Source: Fistulifera solaris
Lineage: Eukaryota
Reading direction: 5' to 3'
Length of the DNA stretch: 64,000 nt
NCBI GenBank assembly: GCA_030295235.1
Contig: AP026131.1
Coordinates: forward strand, 1,178,001-1,242,000
Numbering within the stretch: position 1 is the first letter of the stretch; every line of letters begins with the position of its first letter. The translations under genes and the position numbers were made by a program. The notes beneath the pieces are model-generated. The model searched no databases. It was not told the origin of the DNA and saw only the letters and a list, made by a program, of their open reading frames with translations. This document shows positions 1 through 12,735 of the stretch, in pieces.

Positions 1-1648
1 ATGCCTACCATAAAAACGTTCTTGGTTCATGACTGAAATCCAGTCTTGGGAAATTTGCGGTTGGATGCGGATCAACAATCAATAGACCCTACCCACACTT
101 TTTGTCCGTTACCCGTACCAAAGCCCCGTACAACTCACGTGATCCTTCGAGTGCCGGCTTGTATTTTACATGCCTGTAACAGTGGCCATGACAGTACAAT
201 TATCTTCAACGGACAAAAAATGTGGGTAGACTGTAGACTGACTATTGAGAGCCGGATTGTAAGCGATAGAGTGATCCCGGTGGGACAGATCAGCGTCGTA
301 GCCAAATGACCGCGATCTGATCGCGAATCGCGATGACCGATGAGATGACACGATACAGCGATGAGCATCATTACTGGTATTACCAGATACCCCTGTACTC
401 GAAGCAGTGCACATTCGTTACAAAGCATAAGAATACATTTGCTGCGCTGCAGTTATATTGATTGAGAAGCGGCGCGAAACGGAAGAAAGGGTATAGTGAA
501 AAAAGCCGACAAAATAAAATGTCAGCGACAGAACACGCCAACGATCGTCTCTGGATGGAATATTACGAACGTTTGCTGGCCTTTCAAAACCAACAAGGTC
601 ATTGCAACGTCCCCAATACGTATGATCCGCAATTAGCGCATTGGGTCAAGAAACAACGTCACAATGAGAATGCCGGAATATTGCGCGGCGATCGAAAGCA
701 GTTGCTGGAAAATATCGGTTTTGCGTGGAGATAAATCAAGAACGCCACCTTTGATGAATAATGGATGGAGGCGTATCAGCAACTGGTGGCTTATAAGAAT
801 ACGTACGGACATACGAAGGTGACGGCCATTGGAGTGAATCATCAAGATCTGAACGAAAATTGGCGCCGTTTAGTGTTGCCACTGTTAGATTTTCATCATT
901 TTTCTAATGATTAAATTTATGATATGAGAAAGCTTTGCCGCAAAGCAAGAGATGGCCTTCGTTGGATGCAAAACCTACCATATAAAAACGTTCCGGGATC
1001 ATGACTGAAATCCAGTCTTGGGAAAGTTGATGTTCACTATGAGCTATACTATATACCGGTAGGACAATTCAACACGTCGTAGCAAAGACCGCGCGATGAT
1101 GACTTTTGTATGATTTTTTAGTGATGAGACGAGCGACGAGCGATGAGCATCATCAATATCCAAAAGTGAATTAGACCCTGTATCGAAGCAATGCGCCTTC
1201 TTTACAAAGTATAAAAAAATATATTTGCTACGGCATTATTTAATTGAAAGCGGCGCGAAAGGAGAGAAAGGGTATAGTTTTAAAAGCCTAGAAAATAAAA
1301 TGTCAGCTACCGAACACGCGAACGATCGGCAATGGATGGAACGTTACGAGCGATTGCTGGCCTTTCAAAACCAACAGGGACATTGCAACGTCCCCAATAC
1401 GTATCCACCGGATCCGCAATTAGCGAAATGGGTCAAGAAACAACGTTACAATGAGATTGCTGGCAAATTGCGCGGCGATCGAAAGCAGTTGTTGGAAACG
1501 ATCGGTTTTGCGTGGAGTAAAATCAACAACGCCACCTTTGATGAGCAATGGATGGAGGCGTATCAGCAACTCGTGGCCTATAAGAAGACCTACGGACATA
1601 CGAAGGTGAAAGCCGTCGGAGTGAATCATCAAGATCAGAACGAAAAAC
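1..1648 (+). repeat. Tandem segmental duplication (promoter + 5' part of HA-domain gene): copy 1 ~1-858, copy 2 ~966-1648
   Basis: The block CCTACCA..AAAAACGTT..CATGACTGAAATCCAGTCTTGGGAAA occurs at 4-53 and again at ~974-1025. Coding 519-858 aligns closely to 1300-1648. Copy 1 carries ~200 bp extra at ~55-270. Confidence 0.9.
519..858 (+). pseudogene. Truncated pseudogene copy of the helicase-associated (HA) domain gene
   Basis: Same start MSATEHANDR as 1300-2133. Two in-frame TAA (732-734 where the paralog has AGT AAA; 759-761 where it has CAA), a 6-bp deletion of the Pro-Pro codons, and homology ending at ~858. Confidence 0.88.
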
Positions 1649-2133
1649 AGTTAGCGGCCTGGGTTTACAATCAACGAGCGTTGCAACGATCGGGGGAGTT
1701 GCGCAGCGATCGAAAAGCCTTGTTGGATCAAATTGGTTTTCGATGGCGAAAGGGCACACCAACCAAACTGCCGCCCTCGGCGGCGGCTATCTTGGATCAG
1801 CGATGGATGGATCGTTACGACGACATGGTCGCCTTTCAAAAAGAAACCGGACATTGTCGCGTGCCGTTCACCTATCCGGAAAATCCGCAACTGGCCATTT
1901 GGGTTCTCAATCAACGAAAGTTTCAAAAGGCGGGTCAATTACGAAAAGATCGATACAATTTATTAGATCGAATTGGATTTGTTTGGAGGACGTCGAAAAA
2001 CGATGATGAAAGGGAAATCGAGGTGGAGGAAGAGGAGCAAATGGAGGAGGGTTTTTACACGGTGGGGGACGAAAACGAAGAGGCAGAGGGGGACGAGAAG
2101 GAGGAAGAGGCGGTCGAGTATGCGGAGGTGTAA
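1300..2133 (+). CDS. Protein with three helicase-associated (HA, PF03457-like) domains and an acidic tail
   Basis: Three repeats of W..RY..L.AF....GHCxVP..Y...PQLA.WV..QR......L..DR..LL..IGF.W; Glu-rich C-terminus; ATG at 1300. Confidence 0.88.
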   Translation: MSATEHANDRQWMERYERLLAFQNQQGHCNVPNTYPPDPQLAKWVKKQRYNEIAGKLRGDRKQLLETIGFAWSKINNATFDEQWMEAYQQLVAYKKTYGHTKVKAVGVNHQDQNEKQLAAWVYNQRALQRSGELRSDRKALLDQIGFRWRKGTPTKLPPSAAAILDQRWMDRYDDMVAFQKETGHCRVPFTYPENPQLAIWVLNQRKFQKAGQLRKDRYNLLDRIGFVWRTSKNDDEREIEVEEEEQMEEGFYTVGDENEEAEGDEKEEEAVEYAEV

Positions 2134-2231
2134 AGTCACGCCTTCATCACTCGAATGCGTCTACAATGTTCAATCACAAAAAGACAACGTGTGGAGTAGG
2201 AACATGAAAAAATGTATAAAGATTACCATTC

Positions 2232-3052
2232 CTACACCACCACATCCTCGTGCATTTCAATCCACTCTTGACTGCTGAATCCCAACGCGAGTCCGTAGGC
2301 GTCTCGTTCCGAAGAAGTCAACAACAAGGGCTGCACGACGCGACAAAAGGGACACAACAAGAAACTGGCATCCCCGACACAATGAATGATGCCTTCACAA
2401 CACACACATTCCTGTGTCGCAATATCTTTTCCGCCTTGAATGTAGTGAATGGTTTCTTGTTTGCGTCCGCGAAGTAGTAGCGAGTGACCGGGTTCGATTT
2501 CGAACATCATGTTGTCATCCATCGTCGTTTCCGAGACATCCACGGGCGGTGGTGACTTGACGGCGGGCATTTTTGATCCGATTCTTGAAACACGAGCGGA
2601 GGCGGTTTCAATGCGACTGTTGTAGGAGCCGGCGACTCGATCATAAACGACGAAAACGATGCACTGTTGTTCTGACTGTTTTCGAAGTTCTGGCTGTTTT
2701 CAAAGGTGACACTGGTGCGTCGTTTCGGGGAAGCATGAGTTCGTTCCTTCGGAGGAGGGACCCACAGCGGTGTCTGCAACGGCGGTAGATCCGGAATGCG
2801 GTCCAACGTCGTGTTTCCTTTTTTGAAAACGGCTGGTTGACGCGAGCGGTTGTCAGCGATACCCGAATCCCCACTCAAGTCACTGCAAGGAGGAGTCATT
2901 CGATCGATTGGACAACACTGTTCACTGGCTTGCAAACGATCGAGTGCTTTCGAGGAAAGCTTTTTCGTGAGAGGGCGCTGCTCGAAAAGGGAAGCATTCT
3001 TTGTTGTCGTAGGACCCGTTGACTTTCGTCGACCAAACATTTTCGAGAGCAT
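2232..3052 (-). CDS. Hypothetical protein: disordered N-terminus, C-terminal Cys Zn-ribbon (CxCC...CPFC); one homopolymer frameshift
   Basis: ORFs 2507-3052 and 2232-2570 join as ...ESDQK-MPAVK... if one A is added to the A5 run at 2570-2574. The C-terminus contains ECVCCEGIIHCVGDASFLLCPFCRVVQP. Confidence 0.65.
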
Positions 3053-4029
3053 TCCTTTTTCGTCTTACTTGTTGTTTCGTTCGCAGCGGGCAACGCCGGC
3101 GACACCAGTCGGAGATCGCTGTAACTGTTCATCAACGGCGACGCAGAAAAGACATGGCTGGAAGACGACGGAGAGAGCGGGAGACTTGTCATGCTACCTT
3201 GAGTCGGTTCCTCGTCTTTGTAGAAATGCTCACTCGAAAGCGGTGGATAAAAGTGTTTGCTTTTCATGTTTTTACTTGTCGTTCGTCGTGATAGTATTTT
3301 TATGTTCTCAAATGACTTTGTATCAAATGAAAGAAAGAATGCTATCTTGTCATGAAGGATAAGCAAGACACATCTTCATCTAACTGTGCAAACCACAAAC
3401 TATCGGTATTCGCGTGTGTTGCAATGCTTCTTGACGCTGGTTGCGGAACTGTGGAAAATCCAGGAACATGGCGTTCCAACGAACTGTGATGCATCTTGGG
3501 CGGTGCCGTTGGCCGTTGCTACTTTTTAATTTACAGTACAAAGGTGGCGGGACACGGTAAGCTAACATCAATCACAGTTCTACGTGTCCAAGTCAATCGT
3601 GGACCGTTTCTGGAATGCCTTTACTATAGCTCATAATGTATTTACGTTTGACAGTATTTTTTCTTACTGTTTTTGGTTTTACAAGCAAACGCCGATAAGA
3701 CACGAAGAGATACTGGCAATGAATAATGGTGCCCTTTCAAGATTGCGATAGATCCTCGCTTGCGGTGGCGGATGCCCCCAAATCCCAAATACCGGTACCT
3801 CGTTGACGGCGAATATCACTCCCCATGTTTTACTTTGATAGCTACATAGCAAGTAATTTCTGTAAAAGTTAGATGTGTTTTTGGTGTTGAACGATAGAGA
3901 GAGAGTGGCCACTCTAACGACCTAATTCATATACATACAGAATATTCGTCTGCTTCAAAAAACAGCTTCTTTCGAGCAACAATTCTGCCTACCATTCGTT
4001 CGTTCAGCAGATCTTCTTGCGCTCTATTT

Positions 4030-4398
4030 GCCACAGTTGCGATCAAATAGTCTTTGAGCAGCGTTTACAGTTTACAACAATACATCAGTACATTGAAAAG
4101 CCTGCGAACGTTGTCTACCGTATTTTACTATGGACCAAAGTGTAATTGTATTTTGCCACGACTGCACTTCAGCCATGAATCGATTTTCTATTGAGTAGAA
4201 CAATGCTACCTGCATTTCGTTCTTTTTCCAATTTTGAGATCCATTCGTCGTTGTTGCAACAAATAGACTTTTAGCGGCGTTTTCATTACATCGACTTGCG
4301 ATGCGACCTTCGCAAACCTTGGCAATTCGACCTTACTAGACTATAGCACCAAAATGGACGTCATATTTCGCCACGACTACATTTCAGTCATGAGCGGC
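4030..4398. repeat. Diverged direct repeat, two copies about 215 bp apart
   Basis: GTTGCGATCAAATAGTCTTTGAGCAGCGTTT (~4036) vs GTTGCAACAAATAGACTTTTAGCGGCGTTT (~4253). Also TATTTTGCCACGACTGCACTTCAGCCATGA (~4149) vs TATTTCGCCACGACTACATTTCAGTCATGA (~4364). Confidence 0.7.
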
Positions 4399-4564
4399 AT
4401 GTCGTCCGCAAAAAAAAATGTCGGGATGTTCACTTTTGCGATCGACGATGGGATGATCGCTTTTGAATAGCAAGCTATAGCTAATGCGTTTACTGAATTT
4501 CGAAGACTAGTGTCTTTTTAACACCCTTATAGCTCTCTTTCAGGACAAAGTTGAAAAAGGAATC

Positions 4565-7500
4565 ATGGCAACCGACGAATGGACGTTTCAAATTCGTTTC
4601 CCGACGCCCGTCGATGGGCAGCAACTCCTCGAGCTGCGTCAAGCGCGTCCGTCGAAAGAGAGCGATCATCCACATTCGACTAGTAACGATGATGAACGGG
4701 TCTCTCTGTTGTTGCAAAACAGTACAACGGTGTGTTCGACTGGATGGAGGCTCACGAGTCCGTTTTGGAGTATCCAGTCCTCCATCTTGCTGTCGCTCAC
4801 CTATTTCCCCGCATGGCAAGCGTTGCCCGAATACACTACACATGCGTGCTCCAGTTGTTGCTGTTGTCACGTCGAAGGCTGCTGTGGTACGAAACAGGAC
4901 TTTTTGACGGAATATTTTACCGTCGAGGACGTAGTGAAAGTGCAAATGGTGGAGGCCCATCAAATACGAGGAATCGGAATGTGTCGTGCCGTTCAATTGC
5001 ATCTACGGCCTTTGCTATATGAATCGTATCCGATTCCTCCGCAATTGCAGTCCGCGTGGGAGACTCATCTGGAACATATGGAACACAATCAGAACGAACT
5101 CTCGGAACAACCATCGAATGACGTCTCATCGAAAAATAGCCATGCGGGGCCGGTTTTGACATTTTGCTTATCTTCCACACAAACGGACCCACCATTGTTG
5201 TGGAAAGTAGAGATTCCCGCGCTCCAAACTGCCATTGCGATGGAAACGATCACTGTATTCGAGGGTAAACTGCAGGCGGCCGGTAGCGGCTATTTTCCGA
5301 CGCATACGTACGTCAATGGGTTTCAATCTTGGACCTTTTCCGGATCGATTCCTCGTGGGGCACCCCAACCTCAGTCGGCCATGCCCGATCGAGTCAGCCG
5401 TGCGTTCAATGCGGGTGGCGCTCCTCCCCCGACCGATGCTACCATCCTGACGTCGAGTAGTTCCTACGTGCCCCCTAACGATTTTGTTCCCACCTATATT
5501 TCCGATTTCTTTACCTGCATCACGTCCGATGGTGAGACGACGGAACCACTGTATCCACCGCTGGACGAAACGGGAGGTCCGGCCTGTGTCATGGGTTGGT
5601 TGTCTCAGCGTCAGCAGTTTGGAATCATTACCGCGGACTGCAATTTGGAACGGTTGCAAATGCACGCGTCCTGTCAAGGGCAGATATTGTTGCCGCATCG
5701 ACGCATTGTGACGGATTGGGCCTACGTGCAACTGACGACGCCACATTCCTATGACGAAGAGCCAATGGTCTACTTTTTGCACGCGGCAGCGGCCTACAAT
5801 GAGGCACGTCCCATGGCCAATTTGTTGACGGGATGGTGCAGCTGGTATGTCTTTTATCAGAATATATCGGAAACTATTTTACGAGAAAACTTTGTTACAT
5901 TAAAAGAAATGAGGACGCATGTGCCAACGAATGTAGCCGTGGTCGATGACGGTTACATGACGGCGTGGGGTGATTGGGACTCGTGCAAACCGGGACAATT
6001 TCCATCCAGTTTGGGCGTCGTGGCGGATGATATTCGAAAGAATCAAATGCGCCCTGGATTATGGCTTGCTCCTTTCGCGGCGGACAAGCACTCGGTTTTG
6101 ACGAAAGAGCATCCCGAGTGGATCATCCGAAACAATGGTGGATTACCGGCAAATTCCTCCAACTGCGGCAAATTTTTCTATGGTCTTGACGCAACCAATC
6201 CGGCCGTGAGACGTCATGTACATGATGCTATCGAGCGGGCAGTAAAGCAATGGGGTTATTCCGTACTGAAGATCGACTTTCTGTACGCTGCTTGTTTGGA
6301 GGGGGAGTGGTAGATATGATTTGTCCATGAGTCGAGCTCAGGCAATGCACGTTGCGATGCAGACTATTCGAGAAGCAGCTGGCTCAAGTACCTTTTTAAT
6401 TGGTTGCGGTTGCCCTATCGCCAGTGGGATTGGAATTGTGGATGCGATGAGAGTATCGGCTGATACCGGGCCTGCGTGGTAAGTCTATGCCAAGCTTTGA
6501 ATAAGATGCATTGTCTGTTTCTAATCAACCAATGACTTTGTTAGGTATCCCCAATTCCCTTTTCCATGGTGGGATCATGGAACACTACCTTCACTAAAAG
6601 CGATGATTCGTAACTCGATAACTCGCGCTCCACTTGGACACCGTTGGTGGCACAACGATCCTGACTGTTTGATGCTGGGAAATCACACGAGTTTAACCGA
6701 TGTCGAAGTAGCAAGTGCTGCGTCGATTGTTGCCATGACCTGTGGGATGTTACTTTTGTCTGATGACCTTCCGAAAGTTAGTCTTAAACGGATGAATATT
6801 CTGTCCAAAATCTTTCCCTTGACTGGTATTCCAGCCGTTGTTCTGGTAAGTTATGTAACAGTTACACGCTTCTAAGGATCGCTTATGTGTATCTGAAATC
6901 CCATCTGCGCTTCAGGACCTACATTCAACAAAGGATGGAATACCACGACTTCTTCGATTATGGGCGACGGATAAGTTCGACGTGCTGGACAGTTTTCGTA
7001 GCTCGATGTCCTTAGACGAAGAATTCGATCATAATGCGGAAGCTACGTTCTTTGCCAGGCAAGCATCCTTTTATCCTGATCAAGAATCGGTTGCTTTGAA
7101 TGAAAGGAAGAGAACCTGTATTCACGTCACGAAAGGTTTAGGAACATGGACAATTGTTTCGATCAGTAACTGGGCAGACAGTCCAGTAGTTTCTTGTATT
7201 CCACCTGCTGCTTTGCTTCCTCTGGGAGGTACTTTAGAAGACAATGAAGAGGCGTCTACTGATTCTTTCAGTTCTACAAAGGCTAGTGAGCCCGGCAGAC
7301 ACGGATATCACACTTTGGCGTTCTGGTCTTGCAAATACAACTGGATACCAGATCACAGAAAGAATCCTGAGCAAACAATCAGCAGACGACTTAATGCGCA
7401 TGAAACCGAGATCTATCATATAAAGCCCGTGACACCAGAAAACCCCCAATATATTGGAGGCAATCTTCATTTCTCGTGTGGAAAGAAGTGCGATCCTTCT

Positions 7501-7772
7501 ACGTAAATTTCAATAACAACAGAGCGAGGATCTGCTTGGAAACAAACTACTATAGGAATGGATCAATCCTCATGTACATTCCGCGGACCACTCTCGACAA
7601 GCTGCAAATTACTGTGACGGGGAAACCAGAGAGCCAGTGGAGTGCAGTCGGGAATATTCCCCGCATAAGTGACAATGGAAGCCATCAATTGGCTGGTCGT
7701 GTTGTGCAAATACCTATTGAGATATTTGCTGATAAGCGCCCACACGACGGTGAGATTGAAATTGAATACTAG
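4565..7772 (+). CDS. Glycoside hydrolase family 36 (alpha-galactosidase-like); 3 exons, 2 homopolymer frameshifts
   Basis: Motifs GWCSWY, VVDDGY, PGLWLAPF, LDATNP, KIDFLY (nucleophile), RVSADT (acid/base) and WWHNDPDCL. Introns 6479-6544 and 6846-6915 (GT..AG) restore frame. Extra G at 6301-6305; missing A at 7482-7484. Confidence 0.85.
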
Positions 7773-7926
7773 ATAAACTCATGTCAATACACATCTTAAG
7801 AAAGATAGACACACCGCCCTAACAGAGCCGCAAGAATCAGCTGTCTGCCTATTGCAAGCTGATTCATTCATCGATTGCAAACATACTCTTAATAAAAAAA
7901 ACTATAAGTATCGGTGCTGCGGCTCA

Positions 7927-10115
7927 TTATACAAGTTGCTGTCCCCATCTGTCGGCTTTCTTTGATTTATCCCTACGACGATCAGAATATGAAGCTGTGT
8001 AATTATTCACTAAGCTTCCAAATCCTCGTTCGTCGTCTTCGGCGCGGAAACTGGAATAGTGTCGAGATGAATTGTTGTTTACCCCAAACAACGAGTCGTA
8101 GTCGTCCGTAAACAGTGATTGCCGGGAACCATTCGTATAGGTAGACGATACGTCCGACGAATTAAGTGGTCCCGTTAACGTATCATTACCTTTTGCAATG
8201 AGTCCATATTACAGGTTCGGATTCTGTCGGAGTACGGTAATTTGACTTTTCCCTGTGCTAAGCCGTTCACGTAGGAGCAGTGCCAACCGCCTGTAGCAGA
8301 ATGCTTTAATTCGACATCTTCAACATCAAATGCATTCAGATATCCGATGACCTTTGCGCGGTCGGTGGTGGCTTCGTAATAATTTTGGTGTCCTCTCACG
8401 TACAGCATACAAAAAAAGACCGCAGAGACGAGAACAACCAGCACACAAATCAACACGACAAATGTTTGCTGGGAAGAGCCGTCTTCTTCTTCTATTTCTG
8501 GTAGCGATACCGGCGGAAGTATGTGCCCTCCATTGCTATCAGCGCTTTCATCAAAAGGAAGATAAACTTTGCCATCTGGTGTAACAGACATGGCGAAGAC
8601 GTCGCTATTGTCGATATCTGTTTTTTGTCGAAAGAGTGGTCCCAAAGTGTTTCCAATTAAAAGTGCATTCCCTTCGCCATCAACGTGCAGGCCACCACGC
8701 CATGCTATCTCGTCATCGTGCGTGCTTCCAAACTGTTTGGTGAATACCACCTCTCCATCTGCATCCACGAGTTTTTCGACAAAGATATCTTGTCCTCCAG
8801 AGGCGTGAGCAGTTGCCGAATGAACTCGAGCGCCATTCGTTACATGGCCAGCCCACCATACATGGCCGTCTACCGGAGAAACAGCACACGAAACTCCAAA
8901 TAGGCGTGCCTCTTTAGCAGCGTCCTGTTCATTGACAGAAAGTTGTCGAATCCATACCATTTGCATTTCGTCCGTGTTAGTTCCAACTTGTAGTTTCATA
9001 ATAAATGCATCTTGAATGGATTTTCCCTTCTCAGTAACAGATAGGGATCCAGTGGTTGCTCCCACGATGTAGACATGATTTCCGTCGGCATGTTCCCCGT
9101 ATCCATGGCCGCACATTCCATAGATAAACTCAGAACTATGATCCGTCGACTCCACTCGAAAGGTGCTATACATCCCATTTTCCTCAGTAACCGATGGAAC
9201 TAAACCGGAAGTGCTGAATTTGGTCACAAAGCCATCGAGACTTTCGCTGGGTTCCAAGATGTTTTGCGAAGAAAAGCTTTTTCCAAAGCCGCGGCCTTGT
9301 CCATACGTATGTCCGGCAACAATAAGAGTGTCGTCATTAATCTTTAGCATTCCGGCAACGTATACAGAGCCACCGTCTCCGGGCTCGTAAAATGCACGAT
9401 GCTTTTGAACAAGAGTTTTGGTAATATTTCCGGTAGGCACTACATCTTGGATTCCATACGATTCCAATATTAGTCCGTAGGTCTTTCCAATGGGTAACAC
9501 CAAGTTCGGATCCATCGCTGGTAAGCCATCTCCGTTTAGTGTGCTCTGGTCTGTCTTCATGCTGGCAATATAGATGGTATTATCGGAAGGGCTTGTTGCA
9601 GTACTTATAGGATAGACAGCAGCAGCTTGCTGCAAAACGAGCCCTCCCAGCAAATCAAATTTCGACTCTTCCTCCTCGTTGCGCATCAGATCCATAATAA
9701 AACCATAACGGTAATTTCGAATGACAGCCCCTCGATTATAGAGTGCTTCCAGGTTTCCCGTAGTATCACTGCCCGAGTGCCCCGCCAGGAAAATACGGTT
9801 CTCGTGCAATATCAAGTGACTGCAGGCTTGCGAGGTGCTAATGGGATCGGCTTCGTCGACAGCGCTATGTCCGTAGGTATGCTCCAAGGCAAATCCGCCA
9901 TTTTCAACTGCGGCGAGGAAGCATCGATAGGACATGTTCTTGCCCGTATCGTACGATGACCCCGTTAGTAGCAGTCGGCCAGAGGTTGGATCTTTCACAA
10001 AGGACGAAGCAAACGTCCCTTGTCCGGCAGCCGGCCCCATTTGGATGCCAAAGGGCTCAGTTGCTCCCATCACAGCGACGGCATGCAGCAGCAATAGTGC
10101 GACGCGATACAACAT
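7927..10115 (-). CDS. Type I membrane protein with extracellular beta-propeller (SBBP-like) repeats
   Basis: Signal peptide MLYRVALLLLHAVAVMG. Repeats such as IYIVGATTG..DAFIMKL and DIFVEKL..GEVVFTKQFGSTHDD..VDGEGNALLIGNT. TM helix FVVLICVLVVLVSAVFFCMLYV. Adding one A at 8191-8194 extends the tail ~88 codons to ...RWGQQLV* at 7927. Confidence 0.75.
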
Positions 10116-10709
10116 GATTGAGTTTTTGTTATTTGGAAGAACGAATGCACAGCTGCGAAAGGTGTTGAGCTGACTGAAATTAATAGAATTCGAGAATGCG
10201 TTGCAGCGAGAGAATAGAACGAGAAGTAAAAAATAGCTTTGAGCGTCGATCGTGCCGTGAAACAATGTGTCAAACTGAGGTCTTTAGCAAAGCACCGACA
10301 ACAACCGGATGAACAGAACAAACGGCTAGTTTCCCAATAACAAAGAAATCAGAGAAACGCCAAAAATGTGGCCGTTGGAGTGAAAAATTGAAAGGCGTCG
10401 ATGTTTAACTTCGATTGGTACTTGTACATCAATATTAAATACTGTACGCGACATGCAAAGTACGGGTACCGGTCAGAATTGTTAGAATGAGGATGTCGGA
10501 TCATACTTAGGAGTGACGAGAACCGTTGGAAGTTGAGACACAAATAGCTCAGGTAACGAAGCACGCACCGGTATCAAACAGTACAGACTTGTCATTAGTG
10601 TAGCTATCAGTCTATTATTTCTGAAACTTGAAACAAGAAACGAAAAGGGCAACTTTGTAGACTTCGTAGTATCTAGAGTAGAGTGTTGTTGTTTCACTAT
10701 CTTGAATAT

Positions 10710-12735
10710 TATTCCGATTAGCGGTCGTTGACCCTACGTCATCATCCATTACCGGTTAGTCCGCCCTCCCATCCGGGTACGACCTTACGTCGACCGTTCG
10801 CAATGACTCCTTTTCGAGCGAGCCGGCTTCTCATCGACTTCACCTGCTTTCCGTTGAGGTCTAAGTAAAAATTACTTCAAAGAAAATACTTAGAGAATTC
10901 GTGACAAACTGCCAAATTCAAATATCATCGCTGTTCTTTCACGTCAAAACGGCTTCCTCACACCTCTCTCACACAACCACAAACCGACAACACTCCTCTC
11001 ACAACTCACAACGCCCCCATGCATGATTTTATGTTCACTGTTCACCATTTATTTGCGTAAGTGTTTGTGTTCGATTGATTTCTTGTTTCCGTTGCCACTT
11101 ACAACTTTCATTCGCCATTTTCGCAGATATTTCACGTAGATTGATGCACCGATCATCTCTCTCGGCGTATCGGTGTTCATCATTCCTGCTCGTCGCATTG
11201 CTCGTTGCATTGCTTTTCTTCAAGAGTAATTCCTTTTGCTTAGTTACGTGAATTGTGATCAAGCAAATGGGTTCCCTTGCGAGGCGATCGGTTCACATCT
11301 GCTACGGTGCTCAACTTTTCGCGGTCTTCTTTTCTTTGCTCATCTGGTCACTCACATTTGTCATTCAATCAATTGCTAAGTTGTACAGTTCTTCAATCTG
11401 CTAGCTCCGATGATCTTTTTCTTTCATTTTTCTGCAATTAAACTTCGGCTTGTTCGCTCGTTCGAGTGAATAAAAGTTTGTTTGTTAATTTTTGCCGGTG
11501 AAACGTTTCCACAAGAAGACACGTGAATCAGCGCTTGCGCTGGTGAATATGATTGCTAGTTTCACAGGTTCGGATCCTAATAGCAGATTGCTTGCTTGGT
11601 GTTCGATTATCTGCTTGCTCCCACATGATTTCGATGTTTGAAGAATACGTACCAGGTAATTCTATTATAGACTTCGGCTTGAACATAAGTATCTACCTTT
11701 TTGAGCTTTGAGATAGAAGCATAAATGAGATAGAAGCATCAATGTCAAAGAGGATTGTTTCACATATTATCGTAATGCTGGAAGGATTTATCTTCAAGTC
11801 TTTTATACCACCGGACTTAAACATTTTACGACGTGTGTAAACTGCTATTGGCACAAGAACTAAATAACATGAGCAAAAGATACGACTGTTAGAAAACAGC
11901 ATTGAGCTAATTTTAGTTATAAAGACTACGGTATCGAGCGAAGTTTTTCAGTGTTCGTCATACAGCCCAAACTTCTTTTTAAGAAAAAGATAGTATCGTA
12001 AGCGGAAGAGCTCGGGTGCGGCAACATGGCGGCAATCTCGAATGCCATCTGAAGTGCCTTGGAATGTATGCCAACGCTCAGAAAGCCATAATTGGGTTTA
12101 GCGAAGTTCGAATCAAATAGAAGAACGAGAGAACACAAGAAGCGAGAGAATGAACGTCGACTCGATGATGAATCAATCGGACAAGCAAAAAAGGGGGCAA
12201 CTCTTTCCAACAACACCATGAATCATCAACAGGAGGTCAAATGAAAATCTGTCTACATCAGCGGACATTGAATTACCAGAACACGCGCAAGCGGACGACA
12301 GATACTCCGTAAACAATTTCGACCGCGGGGACGTGGACACACACGCGAGAGGATCGATGCTTCGATCACGTGAAAGGATCTGAAAGAAAGTGAACCAAAG
12401 ACAACCATAGTGGGTGGCGCTTTTCAAACTTATTTTCTTTTAAACGAAGCAAATACTTACGCGAAGAAACAACAGGAGAGCTGCGGACCATAATGATTGA
12501 CGTGATGCTTTTTTTGTGAGCACCTCTTCGTGCGAGAATGTGCAGGTTCGTGGGCAACAGACCGGCCGGCTCTTTCGAAATCGAAAAAGAAACGGTCAAC
12601 GAGCCGGCCAGGTCGGCATCCTTTCAAAAAATTGTTTCGGAAAAGGTTACACGTGGAATTTCTTTTGAGAACCGCATCGATGTCGGAGTGACATGGTGAT
12701 GACGTAGGGTCAATGACCGCTAATCGGAATAGGCC
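10710..12735. mobile_element. ~2.0 kb TIR DNA transposon, apparently non-autonomous or decayed
   Basis: Left TATTCCGATTAGCGGTCGTTGACCCTACGTCATCA (10710-10744) is the reverse complement of 12697-12731 with one mismatch. The interior has only short interrupted ORFs; no transposase motif or clear TSD recognised. Confidence 0.75.

Noticed and set aside
2850..3362. Many antisense or alternate-frame ORFs (e.g. 2850-3362, 5168-5782, 37014-37397, 44523-45089, 51399-52010)
   Set aside because: They are shadows of well-supported genes on the other strand or frame, with no motifs of their own.
11035..12599. Short ORFs inside the TIR element as genes or transposase
   Set aside because: They are fragmented by stops, and no DDE or other recognisable motif was found.
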